Positions 15,308-31,222 of a DNA stretch of 64,000 bases are shown in pieces. The position numbers and the translations under genes are program-made. The notes under the pieces were generated by a model. It worked only from the letters and a program-made list of their open reading frames with translations, was not told the DNA's origin and made no database searches. Origin of the DNA: the human T2T-CHM13v2.0 reference genome, Homo sapiens; assembly GCF_009914755.1 (NCBI RefSeq), contig NC_060942.1, one strand, 5' to 3'. Each line of letters opens with the position of its first letter. Position 1 is the first letter of the stretch.

Positions 15308-15665
15308 CTTGTTTTGAAAAATGTATGGAATTTCTTTCTTTTTAAACAAGTACCATTTTGTTTCAGACCAGTTTGAAGCAGAAGAATGTCCTGATAATGG
15401 CATAGAGCCAAAGCGATTCCATCCTCTGGACATGAGCTGTGTGGTGTCCCCGTCCTCATACCTATTCCAGAACCACACTGGTCCCTGCTCTCGTCTCCGA
15501 ACTGTCGGAGGACGGACCTGCTTTTGCAAGGACCTGAACTCCCTGTGTTGTTGCTTAAGATTTTTACCCAGGCATGAAAAGGAAATGAATTCTGCCAACT
15601 CATCGCTGTGTCTGTGGGAACAGAAACTCAGGGCACCTATTCTCTGCAAGAAAAGCATCAATTCC
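15308..15665 (-). CDS. Candidate exon C (358 nt, phase 2-0)
   Basis: Acceptor cttttcttacag|G, donor AAG|GTAAGA; lies inside open frame 15293..15700 (ELMLFLQRIG...IPYIFQNK). Confidence 0.5.
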
Positions 15666-15885
15666 CTGTAAGAAAAGTTTCCCACCTGAGACAATGACAC
15701 AGACCAACATAAATGCTCTTTTGGTTTTATGATTTCTGATATTAGATTTTACTTGATTTTTTTATTTTTAATTTTTTAAATTTCATTTTGAGAGTTAAAA
15801 GGGTTACTTCTTTTATTTCCAGCAGTTCAAGGAATTTCAGAGCAATCTTGGTCCAGAGTTGGTAATAAAGACATTTAAATGAGAT
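15367..15885 (+). other. Candidate plus-strand terminal exon P2 (stop at 15671)
   Basis: Long pyrimidine tract and ttttgtttcag|A acceptor; in frame with the P1 ATG; AATAAA at 15864-15869; 3' end approximate. Confidence 0.4.
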
Positions 15886-16029
15886 GGGAATACTGTCTGT
15901 TATGCTGACCAGTACTAAGTCTCCCGCAGTTCATTTTTCCTGAGAATAAATGCCTGTCTGATACATCAAGACCTATTTATGCTTAGTAATTGTGTGATTC
16001 TACATCCTCTAAAGCACCTCCACCTGAAG

Positions 16030-16570
16030 ATTAGTCATTCCGCCAACCAACATTTGCTGAGCTCTTACTCTGAGCAAATCTTGATGTTCATCATCATGAA
16101 GTATACAAAAAATAGAGACCACGATTTCTCCTTAAGAAGCTAAACTTCTTGGGGAAAAAGTGAACAAAACAAGAGCTGACATAGGGAATGTGTCACATGT
16201 TTAGAGGAAAGAGGCAAATAAGTGATTTAGAAGTTCAGAAGAGAGATGGACCCCTAACAGATTTCATTCATTCAAGCACCAATTCTTTCACTCATTCAGC
16301 CAGACGGTATTTCTGGACTTCCGTGTTTGGGTGTTAAGGGGATTTCAGGATGAATAAGAAAGGGACCTGCCCCTGGGACTTACAGTAAAGTAGACAAGCT
16401 AAGTCATGTCCACAAACAAATATAAATCTAGGTTGTAGGTGATACGTGCCGCAGAGAGGTAGAGAGAAGTGTGCTTGGACTTCAGGACTTCAGGGATGGG
16501 ACTCAGCTCAGAGACAATCCTGGGAGGCCTCCTCAGGCAGATATTTAGTCTGGCTTTGAAGAATGGGCAG
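16030..16570. mobile_element. L2 fragments
   Basis: cattcattca/caacatttgctgag motifs typical of the L2 3' end. Confidence 0.55.
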
Positions 16571-16579
16571 AATCTGTAC

Positions 16580-16723
16580 TTGTGGGGTTGCTTAAAACCA
16601 CTTTCATCAATGGTGCCCAGACAATTTCTTTTGGGATTGACCATTGGTATTTGGAACATATTTCTCATGGAAACAATAGTGTGGTCTTTGGTCTCCTGGT
16701 ATGCCCACAAATCTACAATGTGC
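16580..16723 (-). CDS. Candidate exon D (144 nt, phase 2-2)
   Basis: Acceptor tagttctcag|G, weak donor CAA|GTACAG; open frame HIVDLWAYQ...GFKQPH joins exon C in frame. Confidence 0.35.
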
Positions 16724-16756
16724 CTGAGAACTATTATAAATACATTCTTTCAACTA

Positions 16757-17075
16757 TAGTCATGCGCTGCATATACAACAGTGGTCCCATAAGATTATAA
16801 TATCGTATTTTTACTGTACCTCTTCTATGTTGAGATATGTTTCAATACCCAATTGTGTTACAATTGCCTACAGCATTCAGGACTGTAACCCGCTGTACAG
16901 CTTTGCGGCCTAGCTGCAATAGGCTACACCGAACAGCCCCAGTGTGTAGTAGGCTCTGCCATCCAGGTTTGTGTTAGTGCACTCAATGATGTTCACAGAA
17001 TGACAACATCTCCCAGGACACATTTGTTAGAACACATTTCTTAGAATCCCCATCATTAAGTGATGCCTGACTGTA
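16757..17075. mobile_element. Tigger3-like DNA transposon relic
   Basis: Inverted termini tagtcatgcg... and ...gcctgactgta; same family as 56090-56416 in opposite orientation. Confidence 0.8.
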
Positions 17076-17349
17076 TGCATAAATATTGTGTCAGGGTTCC
17101 TGTGGGAAAATTCAGGCTGTTTTCTCACGTTTGGAGCCATGCACACAGCTTCCTGCTGCCCAGGCTCAGGGGCAGGGGTCCCCACTCCCCAGCTTTCCTC
17201 CCTGGCTGCAGCCCCCTTGGGTCTCAGCCAAGGCACAAGGATAGTGAAGGCTTCTGTGATGGGTGAGATTTGTGAGGGAAGATCTGGGCTGTGGGGCCTG
17301 TAGCTGACACAAACTGGGGGTGGGGGAGCTTTTCAGAAGAGGAATTTAA

Positions 17350-17676
<327 letters not shown>

Positions 17677-18087
17677 TAGAAAATCCACATCTGGATCTCC
17701 AAAATTTGAAATGCTTGGAGAACAGACATCTATTTATTCTTTGTCCTTCACTAAAATATGGTGACTCCCAAGTGTTTTGTATTAGGGAGAAAAGGGACTA
17801 GGTTCCGACAGCCAACTCCTTTGCCGTCCCTGGGGTAGAGGGAAAAGGGGAGGAGAGAGGAGGAGGAAGGGAGACTGGGGTGAGCATGAGGCCTGGTGTA
17901 GTCAATCATAGCACAGGCATAGGAGCCAAAGGGACCTGGGCTGGTATTCCAGAATTTTCCAGAATTGATCTAGGACAAGTGACTCCACCTTTTCAAGCCT
18001 GGGATTTCGCATTTATAAAAAGTTGGTAATAATGCCAATTTCAGGGTGCAGTTTCAATAAAAGAATATGTCTAAAACACCTAGCATA

Positions 18088-18490
<403 letters not shown>

Positions 18491-18494
18491 CTAC

Positions 18495-18577
18495 CTATGG
18501 AAAACAGCTTTGCAAAACTTCACTTTCCTGCCTGTAACTTTAGTTCATTTATCTCTACACCCGAAAAGAAGAAGAGA
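18495..18577 (-). other. Candidate exon H (83 nt, phase 0-2) with one in-frame TGA
   Basis: Acceptor catttcttgcag|T, donor TAG|GTAGGA; SLLLFGCRDK*TKVTGRKVKFCKAVFH, exit phase matches exon D. Confidence 0.3.
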
Positions 18578-19298
18578 CTGCAAGAAATGTTGGTGTTGGA
18601 AAGGACATCAAGCATTACGGAGAGGACGGATATAAGTCTGTGTAAGTCTTTTGTAAGTGGTAAAATTCAACGCAAATGGGAATTTGTGTTGATGTCAGCT
18701 TGACTGTAGAGATGGTGCATAGGTTTTCAGCTGCTAGCCAGGTATAGTGTTTCCAAAGGATAAAGGTAATCAGATTGCTGGAGAACAGGGACTAGAAAAG
18801 CAGGTCAGCTGAAATAACTTAGTGTGGGTATTTTTACTAAAAATTGGTCAAATAGAATCCTTTTAGAGACAAATACTGAAATATTTACAGGTGAAGTGAT
18901 GTGCTGGGAGTTGTTTCCCCAGGGGGCAAGTGGTTGAGGATACTGACAAAGGTGGCCATCTCACTTCTTTGGTATATGTCTGCAATTTTCAAAGTAAAGT
19001 TTTAAAAATGATCAGATAGATAAAATCATTTATTCTATCATCAAGCAAATGTCAAGATATGTCCTTTGCTGTGACCCCCACCCACCCACCTGCCAAACTA
19101 ACCTCACTGGCATTCCTTAATCCCTCTGATGCAGTCCTGCCTCTGTGCCCTAGGAACGCTGTTGACTCAGCAGGAGGCATCTTGGCTGATGTAGAGGTTC
19201 CCTTACTTTGAAGGTGTCCTTGTTGGGGTGCCCTTGTCTGCTGTCATTATCCTCTTCTAGTTCCTGCCCCTACCTTGAGCTTCAGGACTCCTGTATGA

Positions 19299-19609
<311 letters not shown>

Positions 19610-20104
19610 GACCTCCTTCTTGACTCATAGTCTTTATCCGACCTCCCATACCTGCTTGGCCAGATGCATTGCAGAGGACTTACTACCCATGTGCTTCTGG
19701 TCTTCTGACTTCTCCCTTGAATACGGAATCTGGCAATTAAGCAACTCCCAGGTTCAACCCAATTTCATGCTTGGTGCATAATTCCCACCCTCCCCTGACA
19801 AGTCTCCATGATTAACTGGAGCTCACAGTTCACAGTGACTCTGAAGGAGAAAAAAAACAATTGCGCATTTTCAACTCACAAGAATAACGTGCATTTCATT
19901 TCTTTGTAGTTTTATTCTGGAATTTTTAATTTACTATTTCTTTTGCTTTGAATGTATCAATTTCCAGTCATCTTAATGAACTCATTATAGTAAATCTCTG
20001 AAGCATTTTATTTTACTTCACTTTTAAAAATTTGTATATTTTTCCTTTTGTTTGTATTTTTTATTATCATAGTAATCTAGACTCTGACATTAGAATACAC
20101 AGTA

Positions 20105-20593
20105 TCTATTAATTTCCTATTGCTTCTGTTAAAAATTACCACAAACATAGTGGCTTAAAGTAAAATGCATTTATCCTCCTACAGTTCTGGAGGCCAGAAG
20201 TCTGGAATGGGTCTCTCTGAGCTAAAGCCAAGGTGCGGGCAGGGCTGAGCTCACTCTGGAGGCTCAGGGGAGAATCTGTCTCCTTGCCTTCTTCTGGAGG
20301 CCACCTGCATCCCTTGGCTGGTGGTCCCTTCCTCTATCTTCAAAATCAGCAGTGCAGCATCTTCCAGTCTCCCTCTGCCTCTGACCTGTTTCATCTGCCC
20401 ACCTTCCACTTTAAAAGACTCTTGAGATTCCACTAGGCCAACATAGTCCAGGATAATCTCCTGTTTTACAGTCAGCTGATTGGCAACCTTAATTCCGTCT
20501 GTGACTTTAATGCTTCCTTGCCATGCAACATATACACAGATTCCAGGGATTAGCATGTGGACATTTCTGGAGGCCATTATTCTACCTGCCACA
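20105..20593. mobile_element. MLT1-type MaLR solo LTR
   Basis: aaaattaccacaaa..agtggcttaaa, acagttctggaggccagaagtc, ends ccattattctacctgccaca. Confidence 0.85.
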
Positions 20594-21216
20594 CAGCATA
20601 TTAGAGATTGAATGTCGTTTTTAAGAATATCCAGGGCGAAATATATCCCAAGCATGAAGTGGTTGATTTAATAAGAACCATACAAGGGACTGGATGCTGT
20701 TCAGTGAAATTTGTCTAAGTAAACTGGCAACTGAAGCACTCATGCTCCTAGCACCATCAGTTTACAGCTTAGCTTTTCCACAGGCTCCAGATTTCTGGCT
20801 ACCCAGGAAGCTCCCTTGTTGATCTGGGGTGGACTCCTGATCCTTGTGATGCTGCCTCTCGGGTAACAGACTCAATGTTATACACTTGGAAGTCACTGCT
20901 GTTGACCCGGCACAACCCTGGCCTTGTTCTCCACTCAGCCCCAGGGCACCAGCTGTGCCACACAAGACCATGTGTCCAAGGGATGTGGCCTCAGCGTCCA
21001 ACACAAACATGGCCACTGGCATTGTGCCAGGTGCAGGAGACAGACAGCAGAGACAAGAATTCTAACGCTGGAAGGGAATTTAGAAATTGTCTTGTATTTA
21101 TTTATTTATTTATTTATTTTGCAGTTTATCTTACAGATGAAGAAAATGAGGCCTCGTGATGCTGAGTAATTTTTAAAAGACATACAGGCGGTGTCAGAGC
21201 ACTAGACCGGAAGCAG

Positions 21217-21906
<690 letters not shown>

Positions 21907-22201
21907 CAACAGTAGTTGTTTTCAACAAGGTCAATGTCTCTTACGTGTTGCAAGGCTAGAGTCCGTGATAATAAAGAATGAAAGTCCTTTGTTTCAAAAG
22001 TATAAGCAAGATAAGATGTAGTAAAATAAAATAAAGTAACACAGTGAAGATAATGGTTAAGGCTGCATTCAAAATAAGCCACTATCCTGTGCTCAGCGAA
22101 GCTCAGGTAGTGCCATGTCCTAATTGCTCCCAGATAAGATAGTGGGGGCAAACAGGGGTGCATCCTTCCCCCTAGATCCCAGGATGAGGGGCGAAACTCA
22201 C

Positions 22202-22513
22202 TGCTCCCAGCCTACCAGTCCCAGAACCCAATGACATGCAGGCCCCTTGCTTGAGGGAAGGACTGTACAAGCACTTTTCCCAGGCCCTTGTTCTTCCCAA
22301 ATCGCAACAGAAGGGGAAAAAATGATGTGCTTCCTTTGTGACATTTCTGAAGGAACAATTAGTGTTACAACTCATCTTCTTAAATCTCGTATTTAATTGT
22401 GAGGCATTCTCCCTATTGGGGAATGACAGTTTGACTCATCAACATTTTGTCAGTCAGTTCTCCCGTGATCAGACATCTGCGTAAGCTGCACAACGTATAA
22501 AGAGAAATGTTTC
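22202..22513 (-). other. Candidate exon G (312 nt), no single open frame
   Basis: Acceptor tcctttattcag|G, donor GCA|GTGAGT; unique sequence; 3' part is ORF 22172..22375. Confidence 0.25.
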
Positions 22514-22980
22514 CTGAATAAAGGACATTCAGTTGATTTATGCATTTTTAATTCATAAAAATGATGCCTGTTTGAACAATGATTCATTTTCTGTATTAAT
22601 ACAAAAATGAATTCTGACAAATGGGAGTCAGATGGAGAAATTATGTGGGCTGTTTAATTCAGTTTTACAGTGTTTGACCTTGATATTCTAATTCATTGCC
22701 ACATAACAGGAGCTTTCATGGGAGGTACTGATTTATTACTATTATTTTTCTTCCATTTCCTTTTTTTTCCTTTCTTTCTTTATAGGAGTCCTGAAACAAT
22801 ACTAGAGAGTTATTTTTAAAACATAGCTCTTTATGTATGTCTGATCAACAGCAAAGTAATTTAGAATTTTAAATAAAGTAAATTTGAGGGTCCTTATAAA
22901 CCTCACCATGGAAACCAGAGAGTGAATTGTTGCCATGGAGACATTTGTAAGTCCACTATGCCTGGAGTTATTATTACCAT

Positions 22981-23320
22981 ATACAGTTGGCCCTTTGTAT
23001 CTGTGGGTTCTACATCTGTGAATTCAACCAACCATAGATTGAAAATATTTAAGAAAAATCTTCCAAAAATTTTCAGAAAGCAAAACTTGAATTTGCCACA
23101 CCAAATACTACGTTAACTCCATGAGAATGAAGTGATGTCTAGGCATTGCATTAGGTATTATAAGTAATCTAGAGATGACGTAAAGTGTACGGGAGGTTAT
23201 AAAGTGTACATAGGTTATATACAAATACTACGGCATTTTATATCAGGGACTTGAGCATCCTCAGATTTTGGGTTACCTATTGGAATCAATCCCCCATGGA
23301 TACTGAGAGATAATGGTATT
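22981..23320. mobile_element. MER2-like (Tigger family) DNA transposon relic
   Basis: tacagttggccc..tgtatctgtgggttc start and catggatactgag near end. Confidence 0.8.
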
Positions 23321-23513
23321 CACATACTAGCACGAATCAGGTACTTTATGTAAAGCATTTTAAGTTCCTCACTGAAAGCATGGTGATGAATGAAATTAAT
23401 ATGAAACCCTTCAAAGCACCAACGTCTCCTCATCCTTGGTACAGAAGAAGAAGAACCCCACAGTTCCCAGGCTTCATCCCCAGATCCCTGATTCAGTCTG
23501 GAATGGAGGTGGG

Positions 23514-23605
<92 letters not shown>

Positions 23606-23688
23606 AGGCAGAGTCTGGCTCTGTCACCCAGGCTGGAGTGAAGTGGCATGATCTTGGCTCACTGCAACCTCCGCCTCCTAGGTTCAAG
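23514..23688 (-). repeat. (GT)n(AT)n(T)n compound repeat as tail of a short Alu fragment
   Basis: Direct reading. Confidence 0.95.
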
Positions 23689-23925
23689 ATATGAGAATTG
23701 AACTTAAATGCTTAAGAAAGAACTAGGTTTTTATGAATTTTAATTAATTGCATGTTAATTTTTAAAGTCAAAGGAAATCCCTGACAGATCAACAAGAATT
23801 CTGATTTAACCGAGACAAGGCTGGGACACAATTCCTGACAACCAATTCCCCAGAAATTCTTGTTTGTAAGTCAGGGGAGAAACTCACACTGCACAGGCCT
23901 CAGAGTCACGTGAGAAGCCTGTTTA

Positions 23926-25360
<1,435 letters not shown>

Positions 25361-27049
25361 TATTTTATGCACTTAAAAACAGTTTTCTGAGAAGGGATCC
25401 ATAGGTTTCACCAGACACTATAAGCAGTTCATGGCACAAAAGGCTCTAAGACCCCTGCGTTAGATCATGGTCTTCACGAGCCTGGTCAAAACTGGGCACT
25501 TTGGCTTTCCAACCGAGAGAAGGACAAACAGCAGAAGTCCAGAAGCAATTTCCTTTTGAGCAATAAGACGGAAGTTGTTCATTCCTCAGTCACGCAGCAA
25601 CTTAGTCACCTGGCCACACCTGGCCTCAAGGGTGTCTGGGAAATGTTGTCTCTTCCTGAGCAGCCCATGCTTAGTTTACACTCTATTAATATGGAAGAAG
25701 GGGCAATTGACTGCCAGCAGTCTCCAACACATGAAGCTATTGACCAGGCCTGGTAGATTTTGGGAGGGGAGACTTTCACGGCCCTGTAAGTGGACTGGCA
25801 CCCAGGGTGAGGAGTGACTGAGTCAGCCAAGCCAATCCCTCTTGCCTTTAGTTGCCCGGGCCTGGGGCAGTTTCCTGCCGTTTGCTCAGCCTGTCCCCCA
25901 GGCAAGCACATGAGGTGATCAGGTCTGCGAGGTTTCCCAACAATGGATTTATAGGATAATCCTTTCTATGCTGTCAGTAAATAACTGCATGACTGGAAGG
26001 TGAGTAGGGTAGTTTTATTTGGGTCTTGGAGAAGAATGCTGAAGGTATGGGTGTACTGATGGCTGAATCATGCCTGTGTCAAATACTGTGGGTGGCACTT
26101 TACTCTTTAACACGACTGCCAATATGGTACTGGAACTTTTCTAGTAAATTACGATAGTGTTTCAACAAGGCCTCTTTGGTCATCCATGAACGAGCTTTTC
26201 CCCACTTCTCTGACCGGGTATAGCAGCTACCCAAGGACATCTGTAGGCCACAGAGACAGTGCTCCAATTTCTCCACTCCACAGTTAGAGAAGGGAGCAAG
26301 TGATGAGGTGGGAAGAAGTGATAACGTGTCTCCCAGTAGAATTATGTAGATGGGATCTAAAATATATGGTTGTATTACTCAGGAATTAGAGCATGGTACT
26401 TTGGCATGGATCCTACCAACACCCAGTGATTGGAAGAAGCTTTGTCATGTAATTCAAGGTCAGAGTGGAACTAACGCTCTTTTATGATAGTGAACTCATA
26501 AAAGAGTTCACTATCCCACCAGCTGGGTTTGGGGTTTTGGGTCCATATGGAGACTCAATGATAAAGAGATTAAATCTCGAAGTGTGAACCATGTCTAATT
26601 AAAAAATACATGTACTTGAAAGCAACCAAAGAAAAGCAAAACCCTAACTACCTGTGGGGAATGGAGAATCACCGCAAACTCCTTCCTCCCCACCCCTCTC
26701 ATCTTGGGCGTCTGAGTTCGTACTTCTCTTCCTGGCAGCAGATGTAGGCAGAGAGGACAAAGAGTCTTGATGTACAGATCAAGGAAGGGGCTGGGAAAAT
26801 GTCGCCAGAGAAGCTTCGAGACCTACCAACCTTTGGGAGAGAGGGTGATGCGAAGCTTTCAGGACATGGGGGAGGCAGGAACTCTGGGAGAAGAAAAGGA
26901 ATTAAAAGGACAGATGGCACTGGGGGCGGAAACAGGTGGGGCCCATGTGGAGAAAAGGGGTTTACCTGTGAACTGTTACTGAGGGAAGTTGGGGCAGCAA
27001 AGCAGGCTCTCTAGTAGGACACACAGGGGTGCACTGGTGAGAAGAGAAA

Positions 27050-27450
27050 GCCCAGACCGCTGGCCTCATCACCCTCCCTTAATGCCTCCAACTCATGGGC
27101 TGCAGCGCTGGGGACCCTGAGATGAAGAGGTGAGTGTGGCGTGCACGAGTGCACTCGGGGTCCGGAGGAGCCGGAGTCAGGAAGTGCTTCCACCTTTCTG
27201 TCCGCATGCTGGGGGAGACCCCTTCAGAGCGGGCCAAAGCAGTACTGTATCCACTCACTGGAGACACTGTAAAGACGAGACCCCACACTCCAGTGCACTG
27301 CACCCTCAGAGCCCAGAGCCCCAGCCCAGGAGGAGGATGGGCTGCGCAGGCGTGCACGGCTCCTAGAGCATGGAGGAGCTTTGCGGACACCAAAGTCTTT
27401 GAGTTTTACGGCCCCTTGCTTGGTTACGCGGGCTGTTCGCACCGCACCTA
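27050..27450. promoter_or_regulatory. Small CpG-enriched patch (weak promoter/enhancer or exon)
   Basis: About 19 CpGs in about 400 bp of non-Alu sequence against a CpG-depleted background; NRF1-like TGCGCAGGCG at 27343. Confidence 0.35.
27259..27447 (-). other. Candidate exon E (189 nt) in a CpG-rich patch
   Basis: Weak acceptor aaagcttag|G, donor CCA|GTGAGT; phase 1-1 frame open. Confidence 0.25.
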
Positions 27451-27565
27451 AGCTTTAAATGTGTGAATTCCACCCAAATCTGTTCAGAAATTCTAGTTTG
27501 GGAAAAGTTATAAATAGATTTCTCATGAACACTGATGGGGAAAAAATGCACACATGTAAACGTAC

Positions 27566-27592
27566 CCATTGGCTGAGGCTGTGAAGACAGAA
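27566..27592 (-). other. Candidate 27-nt micro-exon F
   Basis: Acceptor ttttttattcag|T, donor TGG|GTACGT; 118 nt upstream of exon E. Confidence 0.25.
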
Positions 27593-27796
27593 CTGAATAA
27601 AAAATTCTTGTTGGCACCAAATACACTGGGAGGTTTTGAAGTAAGCCTCCTGCCTGCCTGGCAAAACGGAAGTGCTGACTGAACTAAGAGTATATTATTC
27701 ATACAAAAAGCGTGCTTATTGGACGAGGAAACCCTGACCTTAACACTCTTTTTTTCTATTTTTCATTTATAATATTTGATTTAATTAAGAAGCATA

Positions 27797-28152
27797 AGCC
27801 AGGCATGGTGGCTCAAGCCTGTAGTCCCAACATTTTGGGAGGCCGAGGCAGCAGGATTGCTTGAGGCCAGGAGTTCATGACCAGCCTGGGCGGCATAGTG
27901 GGACTTTGTCTCTATAAAAACATTTTTTTTTTAAAATTAGCCAGGCATGGTGGCACATGCCTGTAGTCCCAGCTACTCAGGAGGCTGAGGTGGGAGGATT
28001 GCTGGAGCCTGGAAGATCAAGGCCGCAGTGAGCCCGTGATTGTGCCAATGCACTCCAGCCTGGGCGACTGAGCAGGCCCTGTCTCAAAATAAAAACGAAG
28101 GAAGGAAGGAGGGAAGGAAGGAAGGAAGGAAGGAAGGAAGGAAGGAAGGAAG
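27797..28152 (+). mobile_element. Alu (J-like) with (GGAA)n tail
   Basis: Alu consensus; GGAA array 28097-28152. Confidence 0.93.
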
Positions 28153-29716
28153 GTAATTGTGAATGTTTTCTTGGCAATCTGGCTATCCATGTGGACATCA
28201 GTGTTGACTATAAAGATCCATTTGGTACTGGGGGCAAAGTTACCAGCTCACTAATGTATGGGCAATTTTCCTAGGAAATCAGTGAGGTTCATTCAGCGTT
28301 GGGATCCAGGCTTCATCTTAAACATGGTGACGTGCTGGGCTGTGCTGATGGGGAAAAGAGGCCAGAGCTTGGCCCAAAGTCTCCACTGCCTGGGCAGGAA
28401 CATTTGAAAAGCCCACACACATGGAGGAGATTGTGGACAGCTTCAGAAATCATTTCGAAGCAGTGGTTTCTCAGCTGTCTACTTACAGCTGCAGAATATG
28501 GTGAGAACATTGCCTCCATTTAATATATAATGAAGGATAGGCATTGCAAATGAATGATACGAGAGAGACATCGTCAACAAATGGCATTTACTCATTTGCT
28601 TCAAATCCTTCACTAAAAATGAATTTCATTAGAATTAGAAGCCAAGAATATAATGGCAACCATAGAAAAGCCAGAAGAATCTGTGAAAAAGAAAAAAAAA
28701 AAAAGAAAAAGACAAAAACGAAAAGCTAGAAGAGAATACAACTGAGTATTAGTGAAACCACTGGTGTGTGTGTTGGGGGTGGCATCTTTTAAGTTTAGAA
28801 GAAATCACATAGAAATAATACAGATGTGTTTGCATGATATTTTGAAATTCAATATTTGCAAAAAAAATGGCTGGGAAGTAATGAAAAGTCAATGAGAAAT
28901 GATCAATTGTCTTAGATCAGGCTCCCTGGAAACCACCTCAGATGAAGCTTTGCACACAAGAAGTTTATTAGGGAGGGTTCTAGAAACAGTATCTGTGAGG
29001 CAGTGAGGGCTGCAGGACTGAGCAGAGAGCAAAGCTGGCCTGGGACGCAAGAGTGACTGAGGCCTCAGCTTGTCTTTCAGAATCATCCCAAACTAAGGCA
29101 AGGGGGTTGGTGTTCCACTGGATGGATCTTTGGGTGGCCCCTGATTGGGAGCCTAACCATGGGCAAGGCAGCTCCCTTTCCTGAAGGCATCTGCAGAGAG
29201 GGAAGCAGTTGCAAAAGTCAGCAGCTCATCCTCCTGGCAGCTGTGAGAATGACAGCATCCATCTTCAAGGGGGGTCTGGGTGGCTCACCCTAGAATTCAC
29301 TGTAATTATCTAAAGGGCTCATAAAGTTAATAGAAAAAATGATGACTGTAGTAATACACACATTAATAAAGGAGACAAATAGGTAATTCTTAATTTATAA
29401 ATAGGAAAATGCCCAACGTCACTAGTAATGAAAGAAGTACAAGTCAAACAAAAATAATAAAATGTAACTGTTCGCTAATTCAAATACATAAAACATAACA
29501 GGGAGTCCTAGAGGCACTGTGGGTCTGTCTGTGCACATTCCTGGTGGGGTCAATAAATAGTTATAACTGTTGGGCATTGTGTATCACACCTTTAAAAGTG
29601 TTCTTGCTCTTTGACCCAGTGATTTCCACCTCAAAAAAGTCTCCCCAGAGAGGCAATACATTATCTGAAAAGGTTATATGCATGAAGATATCTGTTATAG
29701 CATTATTATTATTGTA

Positions 29717-30325
<609 letters not shown>

Positions 30326-30659
30326 TTATTGTAAAATGGCATGGTACTATTTATAATTGTGAAAAAAATGCTACAACTTAAATGTCCAATAATAGAGACA
30401 AAATTTAAGTAAATATAATTATGAAGTTATATAGCTATATAGAAAAGAGTTTTAAATATGCTATTTAAAAGATAATACAATTCTATATAGACACGGTCAC
30501 ATCTGTTAATAGATTCCAAGAAGGAAATCGGAAGGAAGCAGGAATGTGACCACATAAATCTGAAATTCACAGGAAGAATAAATAGATGCAAATAGTAATG
30601 TCAATTCTGAAAAAAACAAAGAAGCAGGACTACTCTAAAACATGTTATAAAGGGTTCTG

Positions 30660-31222
30660 GTGATTATTGCTGCATAATATATCACTCCAAACGCAGTATC
30701 GCAAGAAACAATAGTGATTTTACGTCCCATGTCTTATGAATCTGGAGGGTGGCCGGGCTGGGCTGGGTGGCTCTTCCTTGAGGTTCTGCATGTGGCTGCA
30801 GTAAGGTGGGAGCTGGGCTAGTATGGCTAAAGACTTGCTCCCTCCCAGGCTGGGCAGCTGTGTCCGCTGGGAAGACTCAAAGGGCTGAGGGTGGACCTGC
30901 TGGGTCCCGGGCCGCCCCTGCCTCTGTGTGGTTCCAACATGGCAGTTTCAGGGCTGCTGCGCTTCTTACATGTGGCTCGTGCTCAAACGCCCGTGTCTCA
31001 AGGGAGCCTAGAACAAGCTTTGTGACCTTCTCTAGGCTAGTCTCAAAAGTCGCATGAGTCACCTCCACTGCAAAGTACTCCTGAGGCATTCAAAAGGGCC
31101 TGTCCAGTTTGAAGGGGAGGGAACACAGCCTCTCCATCTTTCTGGAGGAATGTGAAGGTTCTAGAAGGTTCACGTGGGATGGGAAATATTATTGCAGCCA
31201 TTTTTGCAAAAGACAGCCACAT
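30660..31222. mobile_element. Old MLT1-type LTR
   Basis: ttattgctgcata...atattattgcagccatttttg...ccaca motifs. Confidence 0.6.

Noticed and set aside
18545-18547. In-frame TGA as selenocysteine
   Set aside because: No SECIS seen and no redox motif; a nonsense lesion or non-coding exon is simpler
27380-27430. Kinase-like motif VTKQGAVKLKDFGV in exon E frame
   Set aside because: No HRD motif upstream or APE motif downstream; a short motif match is expected by chance
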